A stretch of 61,532 nt of DNA, filler included. It is 6 parts of 6 records of this genome, joined end to end, with 100 filler letters (N's around TTAATTAATTAA, not from the genome) between each part and the next. Parts side by side here need not be neighbours in the genome. Positions count along the whole stretch, not along the records: positions 17,562 to 28,325 come from SRR31147125_20230; positions 28,426 to 38,763 come from SRR31147125_20264; 4 more parts are not named here. One strand, written 5' to 3'. This document shows positions 22,948-33,288 of this stretch, in pieces (the stretch's first letter is position 1; the number at the start of each line of letters is the position of its first letter). The position numbers and the translations under genes are program-made. The notes beneath the pieces were generated by a model. The model saw nothing but the letters and a program-made list of their open reading frames with translations. It was not told the DNA's origin and did no database searches.

Positions 22948-23185
22948 CTTTTTCTTTGTTAACAATAAAGAATACTTTATCAAGATTCATCATGTTTTTG
23001 AATACGAATAGTATTAATTCTTAAATATGAGTAATTGAGCATTAACAAAGCATCAATCATTTTTTAATTAAGACTTTTTAAATCGAATCTAATAAATTGC
23101 AAGCCGATCAAAATAGAAAAGGCAGACCAGAAAGAATGGAATCATTAACAGGGAAATACCCACCTTCTATTGAAGGATCCCCTGG

Positions 23186-23217
23186 AGAGGCTGGCTACAG
23201 TCAGCCTCTTTTATTTA
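23186..23217 (+). terminator. Rho-independent terminator oriented on the plus strand
   Basis: AGAGGCTGGCT-ac-AGTCAGCCTCT then TTTATTT. Confidence 0.7.
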
Positions 23218-23227
23218 AAAAATTGAT

Positions 23228-24193
23228 CTAATAGCAATATTCAGCCATCAAAAAAGATTGGACATAATCCTTAACTGAATCTTCAAGACTTGTAAATTCT
23301 TTTTTATAACCAGCTTCTCTTAGCTTTTGAATATCAGCACAAGTATAATATTGATAACCTTCTCGAATATCTAATGGTGTATCCAGAAAGCTTATATCCT
23401 CTTGTAGTTTCATTGAACTAAAAACAGCTCTCGTCAAATCCAGATAAGTACGTGCCTGCCCAGTTCCAACATTATAAATTCCTGAATGCTTTCGAATATT
23501 CATAAAGTGTAACATTACACTTGTAATATCTTCAACATAAATAAAATCACGAGATTGATGTCCATCTTTAAAATCAGGATTGTGTGAACGGAACAATTTC
23601 ATTTTACCCGTTTCTGAAATGCGGTTGAATGCCTGATAAACAACGGACGCCATTCTTCCTTTATGATATTCATTTGGACCAAATACATTAAAAAACTTTA
23701 AACCAGCCCAAAAATAAGGTTGTTTTTCCTGTTCCAATGCCCAACAATCAAAATCATGTTTCGATTGTGCGTAATGATTTAGTGGTTTTAAGTTTTGTAT
23801 TCCTTCATGTGCATCATTAAATCCAAGAGTTCCATCGCCATAAGTTGATGCTGAAGAAGCATAAATTAGTGGTAACCCATATTGAATGCAGCTTTTCCAG
23901 ATTTCTTTTGAATAATGAAAATTGAGTTGTTGATAAACTTCTGATTCTTGCCCGATAGTATCGGTTCGTGCACCTAAGTGAATAATAAATTGGACATGCT
24001 GATTATTCTCTTCGAGCCATTCAAAAAAATCATCTCTATCAACAATACTTGAGTAGTTCTTTGAAACATAGTTCGATATCTTCATCGGATCATCAAACTT
24101 ATCAACCAATACTACATCTTGGTAGCCTTCACGATTAAGACGACCAACCATATAGCTTCCAATAAAACCTGCTGCACCCGTAACAACAATCAT
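23228..24193 (-). CDS. rfaD: ADP-L-glycero-D-manno-heptose 6-epimerase
   Basis: MIVVTGAAGFIGS, HLGARTDT, YASSASTYG, PLNHYAQSK, FFNVFGPNEYHKGRMASV, YQYYTCAD. Confidence 0.93.
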   Translation of the reverse strand: MIVVTGAAGFIGSYMVGRLNREGYQDVVLVDKFDDPMKISNYVSKNYSSIVDRDDFFEWLEENNQHVQFIIHLGARTDTIGQESEVYQQLNFHYSKEIWKSCIQYGLPLIYASSASTYGDGTLGFNDAHEGIQNLKPLNHYAQSKHDFDCWALEQEKQPYFWAGLKFFNVFGPNEYHKGRMASVVYQAFNRISETGKMKLFRSHNPDFKDGHQSRDFIYVEDITSVMLHFMNIRKHSGIYNVGTGQARTYLDLTRAVFSSMKLQEDISFLDTPLDIREGYQYYTCADIQKLREAGYKKEFTSLEDSVKDYVQSFLMAEYCY

Positions 24194-24467
24194 AAAATCC
24201 TTTTTTCTATACCAAATTAAGTCAATTCTTAATTTAGAACTTTTACTCCTTCACTTTTATTGTATAATTGCACCTGTTTTTTTTAACGGTTATTAACAAT
24301 TATTAAAAGTGATAAATCCTTCTAATGGATACACAACCTCAACGGTTGCTTTTTCAAATGCAAAAATAAGATTGAAAAGCTTATTACAAACAAGTTCAGT
24401 CCATTATTTTTCAAAAAAGACTAACAATCAAACTCTAGTCTTTCTGGTGATTTTAGAGATTTAGTAA

Positions 24468-24475
24468 TACATTTG
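24468..24475 (+). promoter_or_regulatory. Bacteroidota housekeeping -7 promoter element TAnnTTTG
   Basis: TACATTTG 28 nt upstream of folE. Confidence 0.5.
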
Positions 24476-24502
24476 CCTAAGAAATAAGAAATTTATTAGA
24501 AT

Positions 24503-25126
24503 ATGGAGCATTCTTTTAACGGAAAGCAAAGTGGATATCAACGGATTGATAAGTTTGACAGTAAAAATACTGAAGATCTTAGTACACATTATAAAAAGAT
24601 ACTGGATTTATTGGGCGAGGATGCAAATCGGGAAGGACTAAAAGATACTCCGGTAAGAGTTGCAAAGGCCATGCAGTTTTTGCTTCAGGGGTATGATCAG
24701 GATCCGGAGGGGATGCTGCGTTCTGCTATGTTCAAAGAAGATTATCAGCAAATGGTGATTGTAAAAGACATTGAGATTTTTTCAATGTGTGAACACCACA
24801 TGTTACCATTTATTGGTAAGGCACATGTTGGCTATATCCCCAATGGTTATATTACAGGACTTAGTAAAATTGCCCGAGTTGTTGATGCCTTTTCCCGTCG
24901 TTTACAAGTTCAGGAACGATTAACCTTACAAATCAAGGAATGTATTCAACAAACATTAAACCCGCTTGGGGTTGCGGTAGTTATTGAAGCTCAACACTTA
25001 TGCATGCAAATGCGAGGTATTCAAAAACAGCATTCGATTACAACTACTTCCGATTTTACAGGTGCTTTTGAACGTGTTGCCACACGCGAAGAATTTATTC
25101 GTTTAATCAGTTCAAATCTTTCATGA
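24503..25126 (+). CDS. folE: GTP cyclohydrolase I
   Basis: [51 protein letters not shown]. Confidence 0.97.
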   Translation: MEHSFNGKQSGYQRIDKFDSKNTEDLSTHYKKILDLLGEDANREGLKDTPVRVAKAMQFLLQGYDQDPEGMLRSAMFKEDYQQMVIVKDIEIFSMCEHHMLPFIGKAHVGYIPNGYITGLSKIARVVDAFSRRLQVQERLTLQIKECIQQTLNPLGVAVVIEAQHLCMQMRGIQKQHSITTTSDFTGAFERVATREEFIRLISSNLS

Positions 25127-25288
25127 TTTTACATATTCGTAATATTCTTTAAATTTCATTTTTAATTTACGATTTGCCTCTATTTTTATATTATTTTAGC
25201 AGATAATCTACCAACCATACTAAATCAAAGACTAAATAGTAATTTGAAAAAATTAAAAATTGGACTCTATCAAACTAAATACAAGAAG

Positions 25289-26119
25289 ATGAAAACACCA
25301 AAAACACTTAAATTCATTTCGTTAGCTCTAGTTTCAGGACTTCTTTTTGCAGGTATGACTTCATGCATCAGTAAAAGTTCAAAAAAAGAAAGTCCAAAGG
25401 TTTCTGAAGAAACTATTCAAAAAGAAATTGAAGATTACAGCTATCCGCTTCCTTCTGCATTTGAAGTAACAAATATGCTTAATGAGATTGAAGCAAGCTT
25501 TATTGTTGGTATTGCTCAAAATCCAGAAAAAGCAGATTCATATTTTACTGAAAAAAGCAAAGCTTTAAATCTTGGAATATACACCGCAGATTTAGCCTAT
25601 GCAACTACTTACAATCAAAAAGCTGAGATTGAGAATTATCTTAAAGCTACAGAAAAGCTTGCAATGGAGTTGGATTTGAGAGCAGCTTTTAGTGATGATA
25701 TCCCTGGCGAACTTGAGGCAAATATGGATAACAAAGAAAAGTTAGTTGAGATTGTAACAGAAATGTTTCAAAGCGCTTATAGCTATCTAAATAAACAAGG
25801 CAGAACTGAAGTTTCATATCTTGTACTTGCAGGCACCGTATTTGAAGGGTTATACTTAACAACTCATATTTCTGAGAATACGTTCCAAAATCCGAAGATT
25901 ATTGAAACCATTCTTTTTCAAAAAGATCCTTTGTCTGAATTGGAAAAAATGATGACTCCATATAAAGACTCTGAATTACTAAAAGATACATACGAAAACT
26001 TAAAAGCTGTAAATTTAATTTATGCGCTGGAAGAAGGCACTACCTCTATGACTAAAGAACAAGTGCTAAAGCTTACTGAAACAATTACTTCAATTAGAGA
26101 AAAAAATATTCAGCAATAA
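25289..26119 (+). CDS. Uncharacterised helical lipoprotein
   Basis: Lipobox MTSC after a hydrophobic stretch; KALNLGIYTADLAY motif. Confidence 0.7.
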   Translation: MKTPKTLKFISLALVSGLLFAGMTSCISKSSKKESPKVSEETIQKEIEDYSYPLPSAFEVTNMLNEIEASFIVGIAQNPEKADSYFTEKSKALNLGIYTADLAYATTYNQKAEIENYLKATEKLAMELDLRAAFSDDIPGELEANMDNKEKLVEIVTEMFQSAYSYLNKQGRTEVSYLVLAGTVFEGLYLTTHISENTFQNPKIIETILFQKDPLSELEKMMTPYKDSELLKDTYENLKAVNLIYALEEGTTSMTKEQVLKLTETITSIREKNIQQ

Positions 26120-26134
26120 TCTAAATTCATTGTT

Positions 26135-26183
26135 GAAAACGGGCTTTTGCTTTTCTATTCATTGGGTGCAAAAGCCCGTTTTC
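26135..26183 (+). terminator. Long stem-loop, probable terminator
   Basis: GAAAACGGGCTTTTGC...GCAAAAGCCCGTTTTC, 16-bp perfect stem. Confidence 0.65.
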
Positions 26184-26196
26184 TAATTTTACAACT

Positions 26197-28325
26197 ATGC
26201 ACGAAGGTATCATTGAAAACCTCATCAAGCTTTTTGCCATCATAACCAATTATGATGATAAGAAAGATGCTGATCAAGCAAAAGCATTGGTGAATTCATA
26301 CCTTCAGGAAAATTTCAGCAGAGATCTGGTTGAAAAATACTTAGCACGATACTCCAGTTTTGTAAATTATTATCACAGCCAAAATAAAGAGATACTATAC
26401 GAAGGAAAAGGTACTGGTCGAAAAATTATAAATAAATCCTATCTCAATACGATTTGTTCTGAAATCGCAGATCAGTTCGGTTTGGATACCGTGTTTATGA
26501 TTGTGGTACAGCTGTTAAATTTCATTCAAAAAGAAAGTAGTACAGAACAAGCTGATATTGAAACTGTAGATACAGTTGCCGAAGGTCTTAAGATTAATCC
26601 CAAGGAATATGAAGATCTTTCTCTTTTCTATTTACAAACCATTCATAAAGTAAAAGACAAACGCAATTTATTTGTTGTAAATGGAAATGAAGAATATCCA
26701 TCAAAAGACATTAAACACCTTTACCGGGAAAACCAAACTGTTGAACTAGAGCTAATACGAATTAGTAGTATCAACACCCTTTTCCTAAAGTACCAGGGGC
26801 CACGAAACATGTACCTCAATGGTCACCGACTTTCACAAAAAGGCTATACGTTTTCCCTCAAGGTGGCATTTTGCGTACATCCCGTATTATTCCAATATAT
26901 TACAGTAGTATTATGTCCAGGTTTATTCAGCAACAGGGTAAACCAAAAATTGTATTTAATGCTGAAAATATTGAATACCGATTTGGTCGCAGACATTTTG
27001 GACTTCACCCACTAAGTTTTCAGGAACGATCTGGTGACTTAGTTGGTATTTTAGGTGGTAGCGGTGTAGGAAAAACAACCCTTTTAAATGTATTGAACGG
27101 AAAGTTAAAACCCAATACTGGTCGTATTATCATAAACGGATATGATCTTCATGATCCTGAGAACAAAGAAGTTCTTGATGGAACAATTGGTTACATCCCT
27201 CAAGATGATTTACTTCTCGAAGAACTTAGTGTTTACAAAAACCTGGAGTTTAATGCCAAACTATGCTTCGATGATATAAGTATTGAGAAGCTTCATGAAA
27301 TAGTTGAACATACATTATTGGATTTTGACTTGGTTGAAGCTCGTGATCTGGTTGTAGGAAATCCATTAAAAAAGATACTAAGCGGAGGACAGCGAAAGCG
27401 ACTTAACATTGCCCTTGAATTAATGCGTGAACCATCTATTCTTTTTGTAGATGAACCAACCTCTGGACTTTCCTCTTCTGATTCTGAAAAAGTCATGTAC
27501 CTTTTAAAAAGACAATGTTTAAAAGGGAAACTTGTTTTTGCAAACATCCATCAGCCTTCAAGTGATATATACAAACTCTTTGACCGAATGATTGTGATGG
27601 ACAAAGGGGGAAGAGTTGTCTTTTTTGGAAATCCGATGGAAGCCATCACCTACTTTAAAGAGCAGGCAAATTATATCAATCCTGACAAAAGCGAATGCCT
27701 GGCTTGTGGTAATGTTAAAGCAGAACAGCCCCTGCAAATTATTGAAACCAGAATGGTTGACCCATTTGGGAAAAGCATTCGTCAACGTAAAATTTCTCCG
27801 GAAGACTGGTATCAGCGATATAAAGAAAAGGTTGAGCCTCGAGTCGTAAATTTCATGAAGCTCAATCCAAATGAGAAAGAAGTTTTACCGGAGGCTCTTT
27901 TCAAAAGTCCAAAATGGTTTGAACAGCTAAAGCTTTTTATAAAAAGAGACTTTGCTACAAAAAAAGCAAACAGACAGTACTTGGCAATTGCATTGCTTCA
28001 AGCTCCATTTTTAGCAATCCTTCTTGGCTTCTTTTCAAAGTTTTCAAGCACTGAAAAATATTTGTTCAGATACAATGATAACATCCCAGCCTTCCTCTTT
28101 ATGAGTGTGGTTGTTGCTCTATTTATTGGCTTAACCATTAGTGCTGAAGAAATTTTCAAAGATCGAAAAATCCGAAAGCGTGAAGAATTTCTGAACCTGA
28201 GCAAAGGTGCTTACTTTGTATCTAAAATCCTTATCTTATTTTCAATATCGGCCGTTCAAGTTCTTTCATTTGTCCTTATTGGCAACTGGATGTTAGGAGT
28301 TGAGCAGATGACATTTTCAACCTGG
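26197..28325 (+). CDS. ABCG-type ABC transporter (N-terminal TerB-like extension + ATPase + permease); frameshift at ~26838, 3' truncated
   Basis: Adding one A gives SQKRLYVFPQGGILRTSR, joining the two ORFs; GGSGVGKTT, LSGGQRKR, LFVDEPTSGL, NIHQPS. Confidence 0.85.
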
Positions 28326-28425
28326 NNNNNNNNNNNNNNNNNNNNNNNNNNNNNNNNNNNNNNNNNNNNTTAATTAATTAANNNNNNNNNNNNNNNNNNN
28401 NNNNNNNNNNNNNNNNNNNNNNNNN
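28326..28425. other. Artificial contig-joining linker
   Basis: N run with TTAATTAATTAA. Confidence 0.98.
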
Positions 28426-28456
28426 TTTTTTTCTTTTCCATTTTTCATTATTCACC

Positions 28457-29011
28457 TCAATAAAATATTCCGACAACGACATAATCGATCTCATCGAACC
28501 GTACCTTTCCGTCACTTTCAGTACAATGATCGCCTTTTGTGATGCAATACCATCCGTCGGCATCTTCTTCTATTTTGATTATCCTGTGAAGGATGTTAGT
28601 TGGAGTATCATCCTTATTGAATGATACCATGTCACCGACCTGAAGATCTTTTTCCAGATGAACAGGACATTTGATGATACTATGATTCCCGTGTATCACC
28701 GGGCGCATGGAACCCGTTGCAGCAATTTTACCTTTTGTGCAATCTTCAGGGAGCTGCATGACAAAAAGGTTTGAATTGTAACTTTTGTTGTTAAGCAGGT
28801 AATCAATATCGCCTGTAATATTGCCTAAGCTCGTCGAAAGCAGTAGGGTACTATTTTCCACGCTTGCATCGTAATCGTCTGCTACAAACCATTTCTCGCT
28901 TAACCTGATGTCAGGAGCAACATCAATCGCATTAGCGTTGAACGTGATGATTGCTCCAAAGAATGCAAACAGTAAAAACATCATTACTAACCAAAATGTA
29001 AAAATATTCAT
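28457..29011 (-). CDS. S26-family signal peptidase (Sec11/SipW-like Ser-His type)
   Basis: N-terminal TM; TGSMRPVI; LQVGDMVSF; ILHRII; ITKGDH. Confidence 0.8.
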   Translation of the reverse strand: MNIFTFWLVMMFLLFAFFGAIITFNANAIDVAPDIRLSEKWFVADDYDASVENSTLLLSTSLGNITGDIDYLLNNKSYNSNLFVMQLPEDCTKGKIAATGSMRPVIHGNHSIIKCPVHLEKDLQVGDMVSFNKDDTPTNILHRIIKIEEDADGWYCITKGDHCTESDGKVRFDEIDYVVVGIFY

Positions 29012-29028
29012 TCAATTCAGCACCTCAT

Positions 29029-29992
29029 TCATATAAACCACGACTTGACAGTAACCCACCAGTCAGACCCATCACTTTCAGAGCCAGTGTCATTATCAGC
29101 AACAACTGATGCAGGAGCATCGTCAAGCAAGTCATCAAGCGCATCCTGCCACTTTTCAAGCTCTTCAGCCAATCTCAGCTCATCCGTGAGCGTGATATCA
29201 GTCCTCTTGAGCTCAGCTTCAACCTCAGCGATCTTGCTTTGGACATATGCAATCTCAGCCTCAAGTTGTTCCTGTTCCCTGAACTCGTCATATGTTCCGT
29301 CTTCAGCAACATAGATTGTCCGTGATTTTTCATCATAACTGAAATCGTTGTCAACCGTTAGAGCGTAATCGATCAGTGAAGTAGGATATACATATTCATC
29401 TCTTGTCCTTGGGAAAGGTCCTTTGTATTCACAGGGCATATACTTGACATATGAAGGGAATGCACTTCCCATGTATTCTTCAATCTTGTCGCCATCTGCT
29501 TCCCTGTCACCGTCAGGGCAATCCCTTAGCTTGTAAAGATGCTCGTCATCAACATCCGGGCTTCTTGAAGTCATCGAATATCTCACTGATAATGTATGGA
29601 TGCCTTCGCTGACACCTGAAATAGTGACGTTTCTTCTAAGCTCAGTTGCATCCTTTCCGGCATGGTTTGAATTGGTTGAGCAGAAAAACACGCTTTCCTG
29701 CACATCATCGTCAACTAAAAGTTCGATAAATCCGCACCACGTTCTCTGCCTGCCATGAAAATATGCCGAATATTCAACCTGAAATGGTGTTCCTTCTTCA
29801 ACGGCAGGGCTTAGTGTGTAGGGAGCATCGACCCCAACATAGTCACCTGAAAACCTGGTGATCGCTAATCCCTGGCTATCTCCTGTTTGATTTAAACCAA
29901 AAGACCATATCCCGGCTATCACCATGACAATGAAAATTGCACCTAATCCATATAAAAGGGAGTTCCCCTTTTTTATTTTTTGCGATTTTCAT
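29029..29992 (-). CDS. Secreted/membrane protein with class III-like signal peptide and C-terminal coiled coil; frameshift near ~29970
   Basis: Removing one A gives MKIAKNKKG|NSLLYGLGAIFIVMVIAG, continuous with ORF 29029-29925; ends in amphipathic WWVTVKSWFI. Confidence 0.6.
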
Positions 29993-29995
29993 CCT

Positions 29996-30327
29996 TTATC
30001 CACCCCTGACCATGCTCAGAGCTTGACCTGCTGTGATATCAAGACCGACCCATTCGCCTTTGAACAAAAGCACCAAAGCAAGGATAGCCATTACACCGAG
30101 CACGTATGGGTTCGTATATCCTCTGTAAAGCATCATCAGACCAATTACTATCACTGCTGCTCCGAGCAGCTTATCCATGAAAAAGATCGATGAAAACAGT
30201 ACTATCAAGACAAATATTGCAACACCGAGCCATACCCAAACATTGAGTAGTAATGGCAATAACAGCTGCACATAACCTTTCTTTGACTTCAGGATTCGTA
30301 AGTTTCGTATTTTTCTTTGAGATTCAT
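29996..30327 (-). CDS. Small multi-TM protein with class III-like N-terminus; frameshift near ~30312
   Basis: GGTGA SD + ATG 30327; adding one A gives MNLKEKIRNLRILKSKKG|YVQLLLPLLL. Confidence 0.55.
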
Positions 30328-30332
30328 TCTTA

Positions 30333-31298
30333 TCACCATGCTATCCACATTATCAGATTGATTATCAGACCGAGCAATGCGCCGACTATTGCGAATATCA
30401 ACCCTACAGAAAGACCGCCTAACCATATTGTGCCTGCAATGAGACCAATGATCGCTAATGCTCCGACCCAACCCCACTTGAATGAGTAACTGGTCTCAAG
30501 GTCAGTATCCGATGGTGACGTGACAGATCCGCCCGGAACGGTCACAGTTTCCTCTTCATCAGATTCGTCATCGTCAGCGGAATCTTCTTTATAATCCTCG
30601 GTTGAACAGGTTTTTACTAATATAGGCATGCCTTCAGTGCTTCCGGTGGCTCGTGCATCGTAGCAGATCCTTGTCTGGTAAAGTTTACCTTTAGAGTCAG
30701 CCGTGCATTCGCCCCAATCATGACAGATCCAGTCGGGTTCGATATCAAGAGGATCAATGCAATAACCGTTGTCGCAGTATTCGCCGTCGTCGCACTCTAT
30801 GGCGTAACCATAGAACTTGTTACTGATGCAGCTCTGCTTTGATGTCATTGTTTTGCAAGCGTAACCTACAGCGTTTGACGTGCATTCCTTCTCTGCCTGG
30901 CAGGTGTAACATTCCCAGCCCCACATGCCTGCTTCAGTCGTCTTGAACGTTGCCGGGCTTTCGAATTCGCCGCCCTTACCAAAGTCCCAGTTGCCTTTAT
31001 CATTGACATAATACAGGTTGATGAGCGCAGGCTCGTCCTCGCACTGCATCTGGATAGTGAAGCCTTTGGTCGGCAGGTTGATCGTATGCGATTCAACAGG
31101 CAGTTCCGTGCATTGTCTTTGTTCCCCTGCAATCGTCAGGGATTTTACTGATTCGCTGAACCAGAAACTGTCTTCCAGGTTATCCACCACATAACCGTGA
31201 GGGAACGCTGTCACAGAGCCGCCTAAGACAGCGATCAGGGATAGTATCAGTAGGATTTTCAGTGTAATTGTTGTATTTTTGTTTTCCACATAGATCAC
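30333..31298 (-). CDS. Cys-rich surface protein with signal peptide and two C-terminal TM helices (spike-like topology)
   Basis: CDDGEYCDNGYC, PDWICHDWGEC...QTRICYD (TSP1-like), acidic linker, C-terminal Gly-rich TMs. Confidence 0.65.
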   Translation of the reverse strand: MIYVENKNTTITLKILLILSLIAVLGGSVTAFPHGYVVDNLEDSFWFSESVKSLTIAGEQRQCTELPVESHTINLPTKGFTIQMQCEDEPALINLYYVNDKGNWDFGKGGEFESPATFKTTEAGMWGWECYTCQAEKECTSNAVGYACKTMTSKQSCISNKFYGYAIECDDGEYCDNGYCIDPLDIEPDWICHDWGECTADSKGKLYQTRICYDARATGSTEGMPILVKTCSTEDYKEDSADDDESDEEETVTVPGGSVTSPSDTDLETSYSFKWGWVGALAIIGLIAGTIWLGGLSVGLIFAIVGALLGLIINLIMWIAW

Positions 31299-31299
31299 C

Positions 31300-31857
31300 T
31301 CATGATTCTGTATATTTACCGTTCCTGAACTTCAGGAGCTTTTCGTAAGTGTGTTCGTCGCCGTCTTCAAATACAGTCGCACGCAGCTTTGCATCGAAAT
31401 CGTCGATTATGTCATCGCAGTTGTTGTCAAGGATAGTGAAGTCAAGCACATATTCCGGTCTCTGGATCGTGCTGCCGCCGGGATGAGTATCATCGCCGCT
31501 GTCGGATGCAATGACGTTGTTTGTCCTAGTATTGATAAGCTCAACTTTCCATTCATAATCTTGTTTGGTGATGCCAAGTGACGGAGTATATTGCCGGACT
31601 TCGGAAACATCGATCTCGACCGGTTCAGGTTCTACGCCCCAGAACGCTGTATCTTCAATATATATCTCGCCGCCGATCCTGACGCCCATGTAAGTTGCTT
31701 TGCATGAGTCTGTTGATGGGGTCAGGCTGTCAAGACCTGTCATTGCACCTGCGTTCTGTGCGTACAGTATGATCGCTACGATCACGAGCGCTATCGCCGC
31801 TACTATGCCGATGGTTTTCGGGTCCAATTGACCTTTTTTCATTTCGATAAGTTTCAT
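31300..31857 (-). CDS. Protein with class III (prepilin-like) signal peptide
   Basis: MKLIEMKKG|QLDPKTIGIVAAIALVIVAII; beta-rich C-terminal domain. Confidence 0.65.
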   Translation of the reverse strand: MKLIEMKKGQLDPKTIGIVAAIALVIVAIILYAQNAGAMTGLDSLTPSTDSCKATYMGVRIGGEIYIEDTAFWGVEPEPVEIDVSEVRQYTPSLGITKQDYEWKVELINTRTNNVIASDSGDDTHPGGSTIQRPEYVLDFTILDNNCDDIIDDFDAKLRATVFEDGDEHTYEKLLKFRNGKYTES

Positions 31858-31873
31858 TTGATTAACACCTCAA

Positions 31874-32122
31874 TTAAAAGATTTTGCCGATTATGAGACC
31901 TGCGCCGTAAGGTACAGTGATTGCGTACACCCACGGATATGATTGGATGAGATTACTGAAAGCAGGATAACCGAGTGATTCGAGCATCCCTGCAAGCATG
32001 ATGAGAATCATGAGCACAGTTATCCCTAAAAGGACGTAACCGAACACAGGCGGAAGCTTGCCGCTGGTGTACCCCAGCAGTCCAAAAACGACTACCATGA
32101 TGATTATCAGTCCTATGTCCAT
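31874..32122 (-). CDS. Small 3-TM membrane protein
   Basis: GAGGTGA SD; almost entirely hydrophobic, 82 aa. Confidence 0.7.
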   Translation of the reverse strand: MDIGLIIIMVVVFGLLGYTSGKLPPVFGYVLLGITVLMILIMLAGMLESLGYPAFSNLIQSYPWVYAITVPYGAGLIIGKIF

Positions 32123-32442
32123 ATGGATGTCACCTCACACTCAAGCATCCTGACCTGGCATCTGTGGTTCACGCACTTACTCTGGAATGATCGGGTTATC
32201 CCTTTATCAAGAGCGTAATCTTCGCAATCTTCATAATCGTCGCATTCAGGTTTTCCCGGCATGTCCTGCCACGCAATCTCAGGACAGGTATCTTCCTTTT
32301 CGTTTTCATTAATCTCAATGTCTTTAGGGTCAAGCTTTTTGCAGGCCTTGAAGGCAACTATTACGAACATGGCAAGTATCATTATTCCTATCAATGTCAT
32401 GATTGGCAGCATGCCCCTTTTATCCGGTTTGATATGTCTCAT
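32113..32442 (-). CDS. Cys-rich protein with class III signal peptide
   Basis: ATGA overlap with upstream stop; MRHIKPDKRG|MLPIMTLIGIMILAMFVIV; ECDDYEDC...CVNHRC. Confidence 0.65.
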   Translation of the reverse strand: MRHIKPDKRGMLPIMTLIGIMILAMFVIVAFKACKKLDPKDIEINENEKEDTCPEIAWQDMPGKPECDDYEDCEDYALDKGITRSFQSKCVNHRCQVRMLECEVTSIWT

Positions 32443-33146
32443 GATACTATGCTCAACCCCTGTGCTGATGCGTCTATTATTGCGTTCCAGCCGTAGTGTG
32501 AATTGTTGCCTGGGTCTTCGCCGAGCTTGAGCACGTAAAGTATTAGCCATACCATCATGACTATACCTGCAAAGATCATTGCGCTCAGTGCAAGACCATA
32601 CGCTACGACATGGAAAATTGGGAAACCGACGATAATCATGGCGAATGCTATAATGTCTGAACCCAGATATTGCCTGATAATCTCAAACAGAGTGAAAAAG
32701 GTCTTGTTCTCTACGAAGCCGAGAACGCCTGTGAGTAACGGCGCAAACGTGCTTCCGAGGTCAGACGCTACTGATAAGCTTGGAACGCCGAGGATGGAAA
32801 AGTTCTGATTGCTTTGCATCCCTATCATCAATACGAAAACAATGCCTGAGATGATCCATGTAAATATTACATATCCTATTCCCTTGAACTCGTTCCCGTT
32901 CTCGACTTCATCTGAATCGAACTTGTTTAAGTTTGAGGTTTTGATCTGAAGACTGCCAAGTCTCATTATCATGTAAAATAAAAGCCCAAACATGTAAAAA
33001 GTCGATACCCATGACTTGTCAAGGTTGGCGTATGCAAACCAGAATGTGCAGAATATGATAATGTCTGCAAACTCCGGGGCGATCAGATTATCGACCAGGC
33101 TAAGCATTATAAGGTATGCAAATGCGATTATCAGTTCAGTCAGCAT
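32439..33146 (-). CDS. CPBP (CAAX/Abi)-like intramembrane protease, divergent
   Basis: Multi-TM; GFVENKTFF (degenerate EExxxR), FPIFH (FxxxH), SHYGWN (HxxxN). Confidence 0.6.
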   Translation of the reverse strand: MLTELIIAFAYLIMLSLVDNLIAPEFADIIIFCTFWFAYANLDKSWVSTFYMFGLLFYMIMRLGSLQIKTSNLNKFDSDEVENGNEFKGIGYVIFTWIISGIVFVLMIGMQSNQNFSILGVPSLSVASDLGSTFAPLLTGVLGFVENKTFFTLFEIIRQYLGSDIIAFAMIIVGFPIFHVVAYGLALSAMIFAGIVMMVWLILYVLKLGEDPGNNSHYGWNAIIDASAQGLSIVS

Positions 33147-33250
33147 GTCCGGGGAGCACCTCTGGTTATTATTGGATTATTGATTAAGCATGAATGTGGA
33201 TGAAAAGAGGAATGTGAAAATAACGGGAAAGTGTTATCTGTGCGGCTCTC

Positions 33251-33275
33251 GAAAAAGAGAGAAAAAAGAAAAAAG
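33251..33275 (-). terminator. Archaeal oligo-T terminator
   Basis: Consecutive T runs on the minus strand just after the 33289 stop. Confidence 0.5.
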
Positions 33276-33288
33276 TTATTGTTCAGAC

